From: a virus
Lineage: Duplodnaviria > Caudoviricetes
IMG/VR virus record: IMGVR_UViG_3300028048_003227
Location: 48,409 to 112,408 of that record
Direction: 5' to 3' (one strand)
Length of the DNA: 64,000 nucleotides
Position numbers and translations under genes: made by a program. Within the stretch, counting starts at the first letter, position 1. Each line of letters starts with the position of its first letter. Below the pieces are notes generated by a model. That model searched no databases and was not told the origin of the DNA. It was given only the letters and a program-made list of their open reading frames with translations. Below, piece by piece: positions 38,008 to 48,045 of the stretch.

Positions 38008-38220
38008 ATGGATAATTATAATAGAAAACTTTATCTCATAAAATGTGAGGATTATGACGATAAGATGGTGGTCGCTGAAAATATGGAGGAGGCGTTGAAT
38101 AAATATAGGGAGTATATTCGTAAGAATCTTCCTTTTAATTGCTCGGTAACTTATATTTTCAAAAAAATTACTTCTTGTGAATATATAAGGGATTACGAAG
38201 AAACTGATATTATCATCTAA
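38008..38220 (+). CDS. hypothetical protein
   Basis: ORF. Confidence 0.55.
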   Translation: MDNYNRKLYLIKCEDYDDKMVVAENMEEALNKYREYIRKNLPFNCSVTYIFKKITSCEYIRDYEETDIII

Positions 38221-38229
38221 AAAAACGAA

Positions 38230-38775
38230 CTAGTCATCTTCTAGTTCGTTTTGCATTGATTTAATAAAGTCTTTCGTTCCTCTGAATGTTGATTTGCTTG
38301 GTTGACCTTGTTGTTCACCATCACCTTCACCCTTACTAGGTTGTTCTGAGGAAGTATCGAGGGGGAGTTCAAGTTGGATATTTTTAAGCATAGAGTTAAT
38401 ATCCTTTATCTTATCACTCAAGTCAGCTGTAGTGGAAAGGATAGTTTTTTGAATATCCGATAGTGATCGATATAGAGATGCGTTACTACTATTCTTACTA
38501 ATAGCACCCAGGAGAATGTCATGAGCTACCTCGTCGCTTTTTCTCATCTTTAATAATATCCTCAAACTCTCAACTTCGGTTTTAAGACGAGTAGCGAATT
38601 TCGGGTTGTTTTTCATAAACTCAGGATCAGTATAGATGTCTTTCAGGTTCTCCACAAGATCTATTGCTTCTTGTAGAGAATCTGAATCAATTCGGTCGGT
38701 GTCAATAGTAACGATATCTTCTTCGTTATCTATTAAATCCGAAGGATCGAAATCTGGGTCACCTGGTCTACTCAT
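38230..38775 (-). CDS. hypothetical protein
   Basis: ORF in minus-strand operon. Confidence 0.7.
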   Translation of the reverse strand: MSRPGDPDFDPSDLIDNEEDIVTIDTDRIDSDSLQEAIDLVENLKDIYTDPEFMKNNPKFATRLKTEVESLRILLKMRKSDEVAHDILLGAISKNSSNASLYRSLSDIQKTILSTTADLSDKIKDINSMLKNIQLELPLDTSSEQPSKGEGDGEQQGQPSKSTFRGTKDFIKSMQNELEDD

Positions 38776-39447
38776 TTACTTCTTGCTTGTAGTTGTTTTC
38801 TTTTTCTCATCTGCTCCTTCACCACTACTTAGTTTATCGGAGATATACTTTTTAATAGTTTCTCTTACAGCAGATTCAATATCCTTAATAGATATCTTAT
38901 CAATATAATATTCTATAATATCAGATTTTTTTACTCCCATCATATCTATAAGCATCTTAATCTCGGATTCTGGAAATGATCTCCAGGCAACCTCACCTTT
39001 GATACTAGGTTGACTCTTCGATCCGAGCGCCCTGTTGATGATGTCAAAATCGCCTATAGAAGGTTTACCCGGGGCAGCAGATATTGTCATAGACGTTGCG
39101 TTATTGTGTCTTATCGGAGTACCAAAGATATTATCATCGGGAATCAAAAGACTATTCTCTTCTTCCCCTTCTGGCCCTTCCAGTTCAGAAAGTATATTAG
39201 CCGGGAGGTTATTTAATTCATTTTTAGGAGTTGGATTTTCAACAGGAACGTCATTGGGTTTATCCGTATGAACGTAGTTCTGTAATACATTATAATTGAG
39301 TATACGGCCGTCCGCGGCCTTCACAAGTAAATTATTATCTTCAAAGAAAGTGTCAATCGCGTTGAACTTATCTCCGGTCTTAGGATTAACCCACCATCCA
39401 GTAATCTGTGGACCATCCATTCCAAACGTCATTCCATTATGTATCAT
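38776..39447 (-). CDS. hypothetical protein
   Basis: ORF. Confidence 0.7.
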   Translation of the reverse strand: MIHNGMTFGMDGPQITGWWVNPKTGDKFNAIDTFFEDNNLLVKAADGRILNYNVLQNYVHTDKPNDVPVENPTPKNELNNLPANILSELEGPEGEEENSLLIPDDNIFGTPIRHNNATSMTISAAPGKPSIGDFDIINRALGSKSQPSIKGEVAWRSFPESEIKMLIDMMGVKKSDIIEYYIDKISIKDIESAVRETIKKYISDKLSSGEGADEKKKTTTSKK

Positions 39448-39450
39448 ATG

Positions 39451-40053
39451 TTAATCAAAATATTTTTCGTATAAAGGTAAGTATTCAGGGTGTTCAATGA
39501 GAGTTAATACAATACAAGCAACACGACCTGGTTCTTCATTAGAGAAATAAATGACCCTGGAGTTGGGTACTGAATAGACGGACTTACCAAACACAGCTAT
39601 GTCCCTCATCTCTATTTCCTCTCTCTCAGCAAATCCGTAGGATCGTCTTTCGAGAAGGTATCTCTCATGGCGATTATGTTTATCACAATCAACCCAAAAG
39701 ATAACTATCTCTTCATCACGAAATGCTTTTTGTGGAATAGCTATGAACTGATCAGCGGACAATGCAAATACCTGGTTATTGTCATAAGTCCATAAGGATA
39801 ATCCCTCATAGTATTTATATGATTTTGATGTTGCCGACGACTCTAACTCTTGTAAGAAGAGATATGCTTTATTCTCAAACATCTCATTGATGTCTTTAGT
39901 GGACATTAATTCGTAATTATATGAGTTATATATCTGGGGTGATGCTGACTCAATATTTGAAAATAACCTACCTACACTCACCCCTTGTTTTTCAAGGATA
40001 TCTAAAATCTCCTGTTTACCACTACAATGTAGCCCTACTATAAAAAACTTCAT
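39451..40053 (-). CDS. P-loop nucleotide-kinase-like protein (guanylate-kinase-like)
   Basis: IVGLHCSGKQ Walker-A-like start. Confidence 0.55.
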   Translation of the reverse strand: MKFFIVGLHCSGKQEILDILEKQGVSVGRLFSNIESASPQIYNSYNYELMSTKDINEMFENKAYLFLQELESSATSKSYKYYEGLSLWTYDNNQVFALSADQFIAIPQKAFRDEEIVIFWVDCDKHNRHERYLLERRSYGFAEREEIEMRDIAVFGKSVYSVPNSRVIYFSNEEPGRVACIVLTLIEHPEYLPLYEKYFD

Positions 40054-40128
40054 CTATTCTAAAACTATTGTTGTATAAAGAATAGATGAAGTTTTTCCAA
40101 TCATTAAGGAATTTATAAATTATTTTGA

Positions 40129-43100
40129 TTAACTTGTTGGTTTGTTAATTGTTTTTACTGCTTGATCTAATCCATCAGTAATAATAGTTCTATCAAACTT
40201 CGAAATTGTCTTTCTAATTTCACTAATCGAAACCCCTATTTCACTAATGGCATTAACAAGTCCCTTGGAATCAACAGTAGTAACTGTCTTACCATCCTCA
40301 CCCTTGGATGTCTTAACCATTGCATCAGCACCAGTGACAGCAGATATACCGGATACCTTATCACCAGTATCTTGGAGTGTTTTATTAGTATCTGCGAGAG
40401 ATGACTCGGTGTTTTTAAGTGTGGAGTCAATCTTCTCGAGAAGTGGAGTAATCTTATCATTAAGAGTATCTGCAAGACCTTCGAAGTTGCCGTGGATGCT
40501 CTTTGAGAACTCAGCCATCTTCTCAAACATCTTTGCTGTCTTTTCAATATTCTCTACCTTAACAGTATTTACCTTATCTACAAACCTAACATAGGAATCG
40601 ATCGCTCTATCGAACTGTCCCTGATTATTCATTTCACCAATCTTCGACATATATTCCACTGTCTTTTTGATTTGCTTCATGAACTTCTTGGTGAGTTCGG
40701 CTTTTTTAATGTCGCTCTTTTCTACATTAGAACCTTTGATGTGATTAATAAGAGAATTAGCAGTTCCAATAACAGCATCGACTTTTTTCTCAACAGTATC
40801 TCTGTTAATTTTGATTTTTTCAAGATACTGTAAATTTTTTGCAATCAATGTTATCATCCCTATGGTTAGGAATGTCATTGCGACAAATCCAAATGTGAGA
40901 ATACCATCAACGATATTTCTAATACCTCTAAACACATCCCCTAATCCTTTAAAGATCGTTCCGAATAATCCTTTCTTTTCATCATCAACACCATTAATCT
41001 TAGGATTTTCTCGACCACACACAGCCTCTATAATTTTTAACGCAGTACCTATAACAGTATCAACAGTATCTTCAATATTAGTAGGATTAAGTTTTATATC
41101 TTCAAGTAAAGATAATTCTACAGCAGTAAGAATTAATAATGTAACTGTTACAAAAGTGAGTGCAATGAACGCAAACGCAAGAATAGCTTCAACTATTATT
41201 CCAGCAGATCCAAATAATCCCGTTATTATTCTTCCAGTCCACGTTTCTGGTTTCTTACCACCCTTTACATCAGCAGCGGCAGCATCCATGAATGATCTTA
41301 ATATAGATATACTTGTCTCTATAACAAGAGTTGCATTTATTTTTGCATTAGTAAGATCTCCCGGGTCGATACTCGCGAGAATCATAAGTGGAACTATTAA
41401 AATAAGTAATGAAAATCCTATTAATGTCATAGCAGCAGCACCAACCACTGCAAGAACTAATAATGGAGTAACAAGCCCTATTGCAGTGAAAGCAATCGCA
41501 ACCACTAATATCATACCAATAAATGAACCGATTGCTGACATTTTTATTTTTTGTGTGGTGTCTGATATATTTACAAACACTTTGGCCATTATAAATAATG
41601 TTAATGCAATAGCTATAAGCATTAATGTTGATATAGATATTTTATTTAATGGAAGTAATGATATTGCAAGAATAGCGAGAATAGCTAATGTCATACCACC
41701 AATAATAGCAAGCATACTAACAGTGGCCGTTGCAATTGCAGCAAATGTTAATGAAGCTGCTATAAATAACAAGAATATCTTTGCCATTCTAAACAACAGT
41801 CTTCCAACTGCACCAAATATTACCGTCGATTTAGCGATTTTTTCACCTTTGTTAGATAAATAATTAGCCAACCACACAACTAATATGAGAGCGACACGCA
41901 TTAATAACAACGCCGGTATGGCGAGTGTAATACCGAGCAAGTTCATCCCAATTAATGTCATAGCGAATGATATAACCACAAGAAAACCAGATATTAACAT
42001 TATTATTTTGGCGACATTCCAAATCTTTTTTGTTGTGATACCTCTTTTTTCTATAGTAGTATTTATATCATCGATGATTTCTAGTAACCTATTCAACCAT
42101 TTTATTGCCTGAACACCCCTTTTAATATAACGTTTTCTTCTACCGATAATAGCGAGATTAAGTGTGATTATATTAAGTAATACACTTATTACGGTTAACA
42201 TTAAGATGGGTTTAATTGATTTTATTATATTTGCTGTATCCTCAGGTGTTATAGATGATATTATTTGAATAAGGCTCTTTTTCTTACCTATTCCTAAAAA
42301 TCCATTAGAACCCAATAATATTAATGATGTAGCTTTTAAACCTCTTTTTATATTTTTATAATTTTTACCTGCATAACTAAGAGACGTATAAACAACAAAC
42401 ATCATAGTTGTAAGTAAAGTTATACTTGCAACAATTTTTATAGAATTTATAATTTTATTTGTTTTTACTTCTCCTAATTTAGTAAATACATATGTTAAAG
42501 ATTTTATTCGAGAATCTTCACCATTTAATAACATCATCTCCATTAAAATTAAACCACCGATGATTTTAATTTTATTAGATCCGATTGTTATAAGAGTACT
42601 AATAATAGGTCTTAAAAGTAATGAATATGCTAAGAATGAGGTTAATAAAATACCAGTAATCGCTAATTTTTTCACACGAGACATCGTCAAAGACCTCGAT
42701 CTAGTCATTATGTCAAGCAATCCAGGAATATCTCGTGTAAACAACCCCCCACCATATTTTCCATCATTTCCGTAGAGCATCACCCACAAAGTGGTTAATC
42801 CTCTTTCAATATACTTACTATTTTCCCCTATGAAATTTAATTGTTCTGATATAGGAGCCATTAATTTAAAAACTATGTTAAAATACCCGGTCATTGCAAT
42901 CAATGAAACCAGTGCTTTTAAAATAGGCCCGACACCATATGTTTTTGATCTAAATTTTTTAGGTATTAAATATGATTTTGTTAAAGTACCGGTGAATAAC
43001 AACTCTCCTAACTGAATAGCTCCAACAACAGTATCTATATATATTCCAAATATAGTTTTTATTGCTCGTCTGGTTTGTCTCCTAGCTTTCTTACCGCCTA

Positions 43101-43707
43101 TACTTTCGAAAGTTTGTATAAGATTACCCAATACAGTAAGTGTTTCTGTTACTTTATTAATAACATTATTTGTTGCTTCAAAAAACGTATCTATTGCAGC
43201 GGGTACTCCCAATTTAAGAAGTATTTTAGATTTTCTCGAAATTCTTCTTTGAGTTCTATATAGATAATCAAATACAAGTGAGGTGGCTTTCGATGCTTTT
43301 TTTATTGCTTTTGTATTAATGTTTTGAGAATATTCACTTAATTCAGATATTAACTTAATCAATTTAGCATATGAAGCAATTATTAATGCGGGTCCTTTAA
43401 ATTGATCTCCTTTATTTATATTCATGGCCATTTTTATTGATGATATCATAAATATTGATCCTGCATCAATCACCGCGTTGAAGTTTTTTACTTCAAGTTC
43501 TGCAAGAGCCATGACGACACTTGATAATGAATCGGAAATAACATTGATTGTCTTTTTAATATTCTTTGCACCATCAGCAACAGCGTCAACCGTTTCTTTT
43601 TTGGATGATGCTGAATTTATAATAAACAACGCCATAGAATCAATCGATTGAATCGATGATTGTATTACTTCAAAAACATTATTTGATATTTTTAAAGGAT
43701 TATCCAT
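40129..43707 (-). CDS. tape-measure-like multi-TM protein
   Basis: 1192 aa, helical, many hydrophobic segments. Confidence 0.5.
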   Translation of the reverse strand: MDNPLKISNNVFEVIQSSIQSIDSMALFIINSASSKKETVDAVADGAKNIKKTINVISDSLSSVVMALAELEVKNFNAVIDAGSIFMISSIKMAMNINKGDQFKGPALIIASYAKLIKLISELSEYSQNINTKAIKKASKATSLVFDYLYRTQRRISRKSKILLKLGVPAAIDTFFEATNNVINKVTETLTVLGNLIQTFESIGGKKARRQTRRAIKTIFGIYIDTVVGAIQLGELLFTGTLTKSYLIPKKFRSKTYGVGPILKALVSLIAMTGYFNIVFKLMAPISEQLNFIGENSKYIERGLTTLWVMLYGNDGKYGGGLFTRDIPGLLDIMTRSRSLTMSRVKKLAITGILLTSFLAYSLLLRPIISTLITIGSNKIKIIGGLILMEMMLLNGEDSRIKSLTYVFTKLGEVKTNKIINSIKIVASITLLTTMMFVVYTSLSYAGKNYKNIKRGLKATSLILLGSNGFLGIGKKKSLIQIISSITPEDTANIIKSIKPILMLTVISVLLNIITLNLAIIGRRKRYIKRGVQAIKWLNRLLEIIDDINTTIEKRGITTKKIWNVAKIIMLISGFLVVISFAMTLIGMNLLGITLAIPALLLMRVALILVVWLANYLSNKGEKIAKSTVIFGAVGRLLFRMAKIFLLFIAASLTFAAIATATVSMLAIIGGMTLAILAILAISLLPLNKISISTLMLIAIALTLFIMAKVFVNISDTTQKIKMSAIGSFIGMILVVAIAFTAIGLVTPLLVLAVVGAAAMTLIGFSLLILIVPLMILASIDPGDLTNAKINATLVIETSISILRSFMDAAAADVKGGKKPETWTGRIITGLFGSAGIIVEAILAFAFIALTFVTVTLLILTAVELSLLEDIKLNPTNIEDTVDTVIGTALKIIEAVCGRENPKINGVDDEKKGLFGTIFKGLGDVFRGIRNIVDGILTFGFVAMTFLTIGMITLIAKNLQYLEKIKINRDTVEKKVDAVIGTANSLINHIKGSNVEKSDIKKAELTKKFMKQIKKTVEYMSKIGEMNNQGQFDRAIDSYVRFVDKVNTVKVENIEKTAKMFEKMAEFSKSIHGNFEGLADTLNDKITPLLEKIDSTLKNTESSLADTNKTLQDTGDKVSGISAVTGADAMVKTSKGEDGKTVTTVDSKGLVNAISEIGVSISEIRKTISKFDRTIITDGLDQAVKTINKPTS

Positions 43708-43750
43708 GCTTAAATAATAATTTTATAAACCAAATGATTATTATTTTAAC

Positions 43751-44425
43751 ATGAAAGATTTATATACATATATAATAGAAAGTGAACAGATTGATGAAGG
43801 GTTATTTAAAGCATCAATTGGTTTAATTTATATTAAGAAAATGGACCCCAAATATCTATTGGAGGGATTACTTAATATGTATAATTACATAGTAGATAAA
43901 AGTAATATTAAATTATTTTATCAAGATTTCCCTATTAAAGAAAGACCATTTTGGGAGTTCATATATAAATTATATGAAAAGAAAATATGGAGTATTTTTG
44001 ATGCTCCCAGGGAAGATAAATCTTTTGAATATGAATTACAGGATTTGAGAGATGAATTAAAAGATTATGAAGAAGAAGACGATCCTCGATATAAAGCAAA
44101 AATTAACCAACTTAAAAGACAAATTGCTCAAAAAGAAAGGAGTCAAAATTCAGACGACATTACATCTTGCTTCACAGAAGAAAATTCTCTTATCGATGTA
44201 ACTCCAGAATTCCGCAGAAAATTACATGAAATCATTAAAGGATCATCGAATCAGGAAGAAATTAACTCAGCAAATGTAAAAAAGATAATGCTTGTAAATG
44301 ATCCTCAATTTGATAGAAGATATATTTTCACAATTAATAAAGTCCAAGGCATATTTAGAAATATGTTTAGAGCAGTAGATATTAAAATGCTCGAAAAGTT
44401 ATTTGAAAAAATAAGCGAGATTTAA
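43751..44425 (+). CDS. putative internal virion protein (MKDLYTYIIES leader)
   Basis: capsid-targeting-like N-terminus. Confidence 0.6.
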   Translation: MKDLYTYIIESEQIDEGLFKASIGLIYIKKMDPKYLLEGLLNMYNYIVDKSNIKLFYQDFPIKERPFWEFIYKLYEKKIWSIFDAPREDKSFEYELQDLRDELKDYEEEDDPRYKAKINQLKRQIAQKERSQNSDDITSCFTEENSLIDVTPEFRRKLHEIIKGSSNQEEINSANVKKIMLVNDPQFDRRYIFTINKVQGIFRNMFRAVDIKMLEKLFEKISEI

Positions 44426-44426
44426 A

Positions 44427-45863
44427 ATGAAACATTTATCTATATATATAAATGAAAATATGTACCTTTTAACATCAGCCTTTAAAAAACTTGGTATTAT
44501 TCTTTTATCCACAGTTATTCCATTAGTTATTCCATTCTTTATTTCACTAGGGATAAAGATAGCATCTCTTAAATTGGATGATTGGATTAATAAACTTATA
44601 AATAAATATCCACAACACAAAGAGGCAATTCTTATACTCGCTGGTCTCATTAAAGATCATTTAAAAGATATGAATAAATGTAATGATTTCGTATCTAATA
44701 CAGAGCGTCAAAAATCTAGTAAGGTATTAACAATAGATGATATTAAGAAAGAAATACTTCCTCTTATATCAAATGAAGATGATAAAAAGAAAGTTGAGGA
44801 CTTTTTAGATTTGATAGAAAGCAAAGACTTTAAAGAAGAAATTGATGAATGTATGAAATTAAATAATATAGAAAATATAATCACTGAGAGTTTAAATATC
44901 AATATTAATGATATCGAAGATGATGATCTTCGTAAGGAAGTTATAAAGTACTTCAAGACATTTAAGAAGGGTAAACTCGAAGATGAAGATCTTGATGAAT
45001 TGGATGATGAAGAGAAGAAAGATGATGAAGAGAAGAAAGATGATGAAGAGAAGAAAGATGATGAAAAGATCGAAGATAATGAAGAACTTGATGTAGATGA
45101 CGTTGACATCGACGATGACGATCTTTTAGATTATCTTAATAATAATCTGAAAGATAAAGAAAAAATGATTAAAGCAATAAAAAATAGCGATTTGGATGAT
45201 GATGACAAAGACAAAGCACTAAAAATGCTCGAAGAATCTGAAATCAGCGAATCACTATTATTCGAAGGAAAAGGTTATGGAAGAGCTTTTTTAGTAGGAG
45301 CCTTTCTTACTCCAGTTGGAGGTTTAGCAGGTATGGGTGGATTAGCGATTATAAGGTCAAGTATAAAAACATCCGTTAAAAAAACAGAAAAACGGATGAA
45401 GGAAAATATAGAAAAAGAGACCGATCCAGAAAAAAAGAAAAAACTCGAACAGGATTTAAAAAATTATCAGTTGGCAAATAGAAATTCGGATGGGGAAATA
45501 TTGTGTTCAAAATCAGCAAAAGAAAAAAATATTCAAAAATTAAGATATTCTGGTAAACTCCCCAAAGATTTTTCAGTTGAAGATCTTTCCTTTATGAAAA
45601 AAGACGCAAAAAAATACGGTAAGGAAGACAAAAAAGAAGATGTTGAAAAAGATGAAGATGGTAATATATTAAAGAAAGAAGAGATAACCGATAAAGATGG
45701 TAAGAAAAAGAAAGTAACAACTCATACAGGTCCTCGGGGCGGTAAGTTCTACTGGCCCGATGGTGTTCCAAAAGATGCAGAACATAAAGTCTATATTAGT
45801 AAAGACGGGAAAGTCAAAGAATGTGTGGATTTAAAAGATTATCTTTATGAATCATTTAAATAA
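44427..45863 (+). CDS. putative internal virion protein with TM segments, acidic tract and GPRGG motif
   Basis: MKHLSIYINE leader; internal [IL]xE sites. Confidence 0.6.
   Translation: MKHLSIYINENMYLLTSAFKKLGIILLSTVIPLVIPFFISLGIKIASLKLDDWINKLINKYPQHKEAILILAGLIKDHLKDMNKCNDFVSNTERQKSSKVLTIDDIKKEILPLISNEDDKKKVEDFLDLIESKDFKEEIDECMKLNNIENIITESLNININDIEDDDLRKEVIKYFKTFKKGKLEDEDLDELDDEEKKDDEEKKDDEEKKDDEKIEDNEELDVDDVDIDDDDLLDYLNNNLKDKEKMIKAIKNSDLDDDDKDKALKMLEESEISESLLFEGKGYGRAFLVGAFLTPVGGLAGMGGLAIIRSSIKTSVKKTEKRMKENIEKETDPEKKKKLEQDLKNYQLANRNSDGEILCSKSAKEKNIQKLRYSGKLPKDFSVEDLSFMKKDAKKYGKEDKKEDVEKDEDGNILKKEEITDKDGKKKKVTTHTGPRGGKFYWPDGVPKDAEHKVYISKDGKVKECVDLKDYLYESFK
45003..45065 (+). repeat. 18-bp tandem repeat x3.5 (DDEEKK)
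   Basis: gatgatgaagagaagaaa. Confidence 0.9.
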
Positions 45864-45866
45864 ATT

Positions 45867-46619
45867 ATGAAAACTCTGCTATCATATATAAAAGAAAGTC
45901 GATCACGAATTGGTCGACCTCCTTTTTCTTTTGATGATTTTAAAGAATTTATCACTAAATGTATTCTTGATAATGAGTTTGATGATGCCCCCATATGGAA
46001 TAAGATAAAAGATTCTATAATCCAATCATATAATGAAATGACTTGGGATATGTTTAAAGGATGGTGTGAGAGCGTATATGAATTTCATGGAGGGAGAAAT
46101 TCAAAAATATCGTTAAAACAATTTTATGATGAATTATCTCAGATTCCTTTAGATAGAGTAACAAGAGGAATGGGTGCAGGAAGTAATGGTGTCGTGTGGG
46201 AGATCGATAAAGATAAAGTCATTAAATTATTTTATGGAGATCACATTAAACAACAAGATAAAATCTTTATAGATTATTGTTATAAACACCCATCAAAAGT
46301 ATTTCCTAAAATATATAAAATAGGAGATAATTGGGTGGTGATGGAAAAGTTAAAGACATTCACACCAAAGCTTAAAAAATGGTTTGAATATATAGATGAT
46401 AAAAAATTTGACGGTAAAACTATATTCCACTGGGTGGATGAAAAAAATGTTGATGTAAATATATTCGATGATTTTGGGAGGGATGTTTATAGTTGGTGTA
46501 TTGAATGTAAAAATGAAATAAAAAATATTAAATCACCATATGTTGCGTGGCCTGGGGATTTATTTATAAAGAACTGTGGGGAACGAGATAATGGCGAGAT
46601 AGTGTTTTTTGACGTATAA
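45867..46619 (+). CDS. Ser/Thr protein-kinase-like protein with capsid-targeting-like leader
   Basis: GAGSNGVV, VIKL, VVMEKL, GDLFIKN, FFD. Confidence 0.7.
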   Translation: MKTLLSYIKESRSRIGRPPFSFDDFKEFITKCILDNEFDDAPIWNKIKDSIIQSYNEMTWDMFKGWCESVYEFHGGRNSKISLKQFYDELSQIPLDRVTRGMGAGSNGVVWEIDKDKVIKLFYGDHIKQQDKIFIDYCYKHPSKVFPKIYKIGDNWVVMEKLKTFTPKLKKWFEYIDDKKFDGKTIFHWVDEKNVDVNIFDDFGRDVYSWCIECKNEIKNIKSPYVAWPGDLFIKNCGERDNGEIVFFDV

Positions 46620-46648
46620 AAAAGACCTCTTACGAGGTCTTTTTTTTT
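46618..46648. terminator. bidirectional terminator
   Basis: aaaaagacctc-ttac-gaggtcttttt. Confidence 0.8.
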
Positions 46649-47222
46649 ATTCTTCACTATTCTCATCAATCCACTGCTGGAACTCCTCTGTGGTAAATAC
46701 CATAGATCCAACGGGACCTAAAATAGAATCTTTCTTCTTGGTGTCAAACACTATTCTCTGAGAATTGGAATCCCCATCTACATATGAATTATTGTAAAGA
46801 TCACAAACCCAATTGTAGAACTGTTCTGGTTTGGTTTCAGTCATAAGACCTTCACCCATCTCTTCAAATTCATTTCCGATAGAGAGTGGATCAAACTCTA
46901 CATAAACGTAATCAGGCTCTGCTTTTTTGAGGTACTTTTTTATAGTAGCCATTACCTTAGCTTTGAGTTGACTCTCACTGGTGCATTTTAGATCTGCAAC
47001 TGTAAGTGTTTCATCATCATTAACAATTTCATAAAGATTGCCTTCCTTGTAAGAAACGGTCTCATAGATCCAACCTAGATCAGCAACATAATCTACTTGT
47101 TCTTTTGTCGCACCGCATACTATATATAGATCCTGGGGTTCTTCATGTTGATACACTACTAAGAATTCGCCTGCAGCTTCTACAAGAAGGCTTTCATTAA
47201 TATATTCAGATAATCTTTTCAT
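46647..47222 (-). CDS. putative internal virion protein (MKRLSEYINES)
   Basis: shared leader. Confidence 0.65.
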   Translation of the reverse strand: MKRLSEYINESLLVEAAGEFLVVYQHEEPQDLYIVCGATKEQVDYVADLGWIYETVSYKEGNLYEIVNDDETLTVADLKCTSESQLKAKVMATIKKYLKKAEPDYVYVEFDPLSIGNEFEEMGEGLMTETKPEQFYNWVCDLYNNSYVDGDSNSQRIVFDTKKKDSILGPVGSMVFTTEEFQQWIDENSEE

Positions 47223-47240
47223 AATTTAATATATATATTA

Positions 47241-47627
47241 TTAGTATTCCACCCAACATTTATCTTCATTATCCCACGAATAAGAAGAACTCCTACCGAT
47301 CTTTAAAATAATAAGTTTTTTATCTATTAAAGACTCTGGGCATTCTCTCTGACAACGCAGTTGTCCGTCGCGTTGAATCCAATCGGTTCTAAATGCTTCT
47401 GGAGTTAAAGCATTTTCCAATTCATATTTATCAAATACTTCCGCGGCGGAGCCGTTTATAAATTCTACCCATTTTGAAACAGCAGTATCAACATCCTTAA
47501 TATTTTTTGGCGTCGATTTAATATAAAATGCTTCCATAAGAGATTTTTTAAAATCTTTTAATGGATCTTTCTTTACTAAATTATTATCAAATAATGATTC
47601 TTCTATATAATTAGATAATTTTTTCAT
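47241..47627 (-). CDS. putative internal virion protein (MKKLSNYIEESLFD)
   Basis: leader plus SLFD motif. Confidence 0.65.
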   Translation of the reverse strand: MKKLSNYIEESLFDNNLVKKDPLKDFKKSLMEAFYIKSTPKNIKDVDTAVSKWVEFINGSAAEVFDKYELENALTPEAFRTDWIQRDGQLRCQRECPESLIDKKLIILKIGRSSSYSWDNEDKCWVEY

Positions 47628-47682
47628 ATTGCAATATTTTTTTTATATAAAAATAATAATAGAGTTTTTTATATATTTATAC

Positions 47683-48027
47683 ATGGAAAACACAAAACTT
47701 ACAGCAACACAGAAAGAAGCAATAGATCTTGTACAGGATCTTGTAAAAAGAGAAAAAATTGATTTTAACGAGGCATTCCTTCTTATAAGGGGCATATATG
47801 AAAATGAAAAAGAATTTGTTTATGTTCCTTATCAGAATCCTTATGTAGAACCCTATCGTCCTTGGACTGTAGAACCTTATACTACTAATCCTTATCGTGA
47901 TGACACTCCATGGTGGGAACGAAATAAAATTTGGTGTGATGTTTCTACCAATGTTTCTACCACTTCCGGAAAAGAAATTTTTACTTATAATACAAACAAC
48001 TCAATCAAGGAAAGATTGGGTATTTGA
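47683..48027 (+). CDS. hypothetical protein with PY-rich tract
   Basis: ORF. Confidence 0.6.
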   Translation: MENTKLTATQKEAIDLVQDLVKREKIDFNEAFLLIRGIYENEKEFVYVPYQNPYVEPYRPWTVEPYTTNPYRDDTPWWERNKIWCDVSTNVSTTSGKEIFTYNTNNSIKERLGI

Positions 48028-48045
48028 TATCTGTGAACAATAATT

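Noticed and set aside
40811-41863. 350-aa plus-strand ORF
   Set aside because: Antisense shadow of the hydrophobic 1192-aa gene
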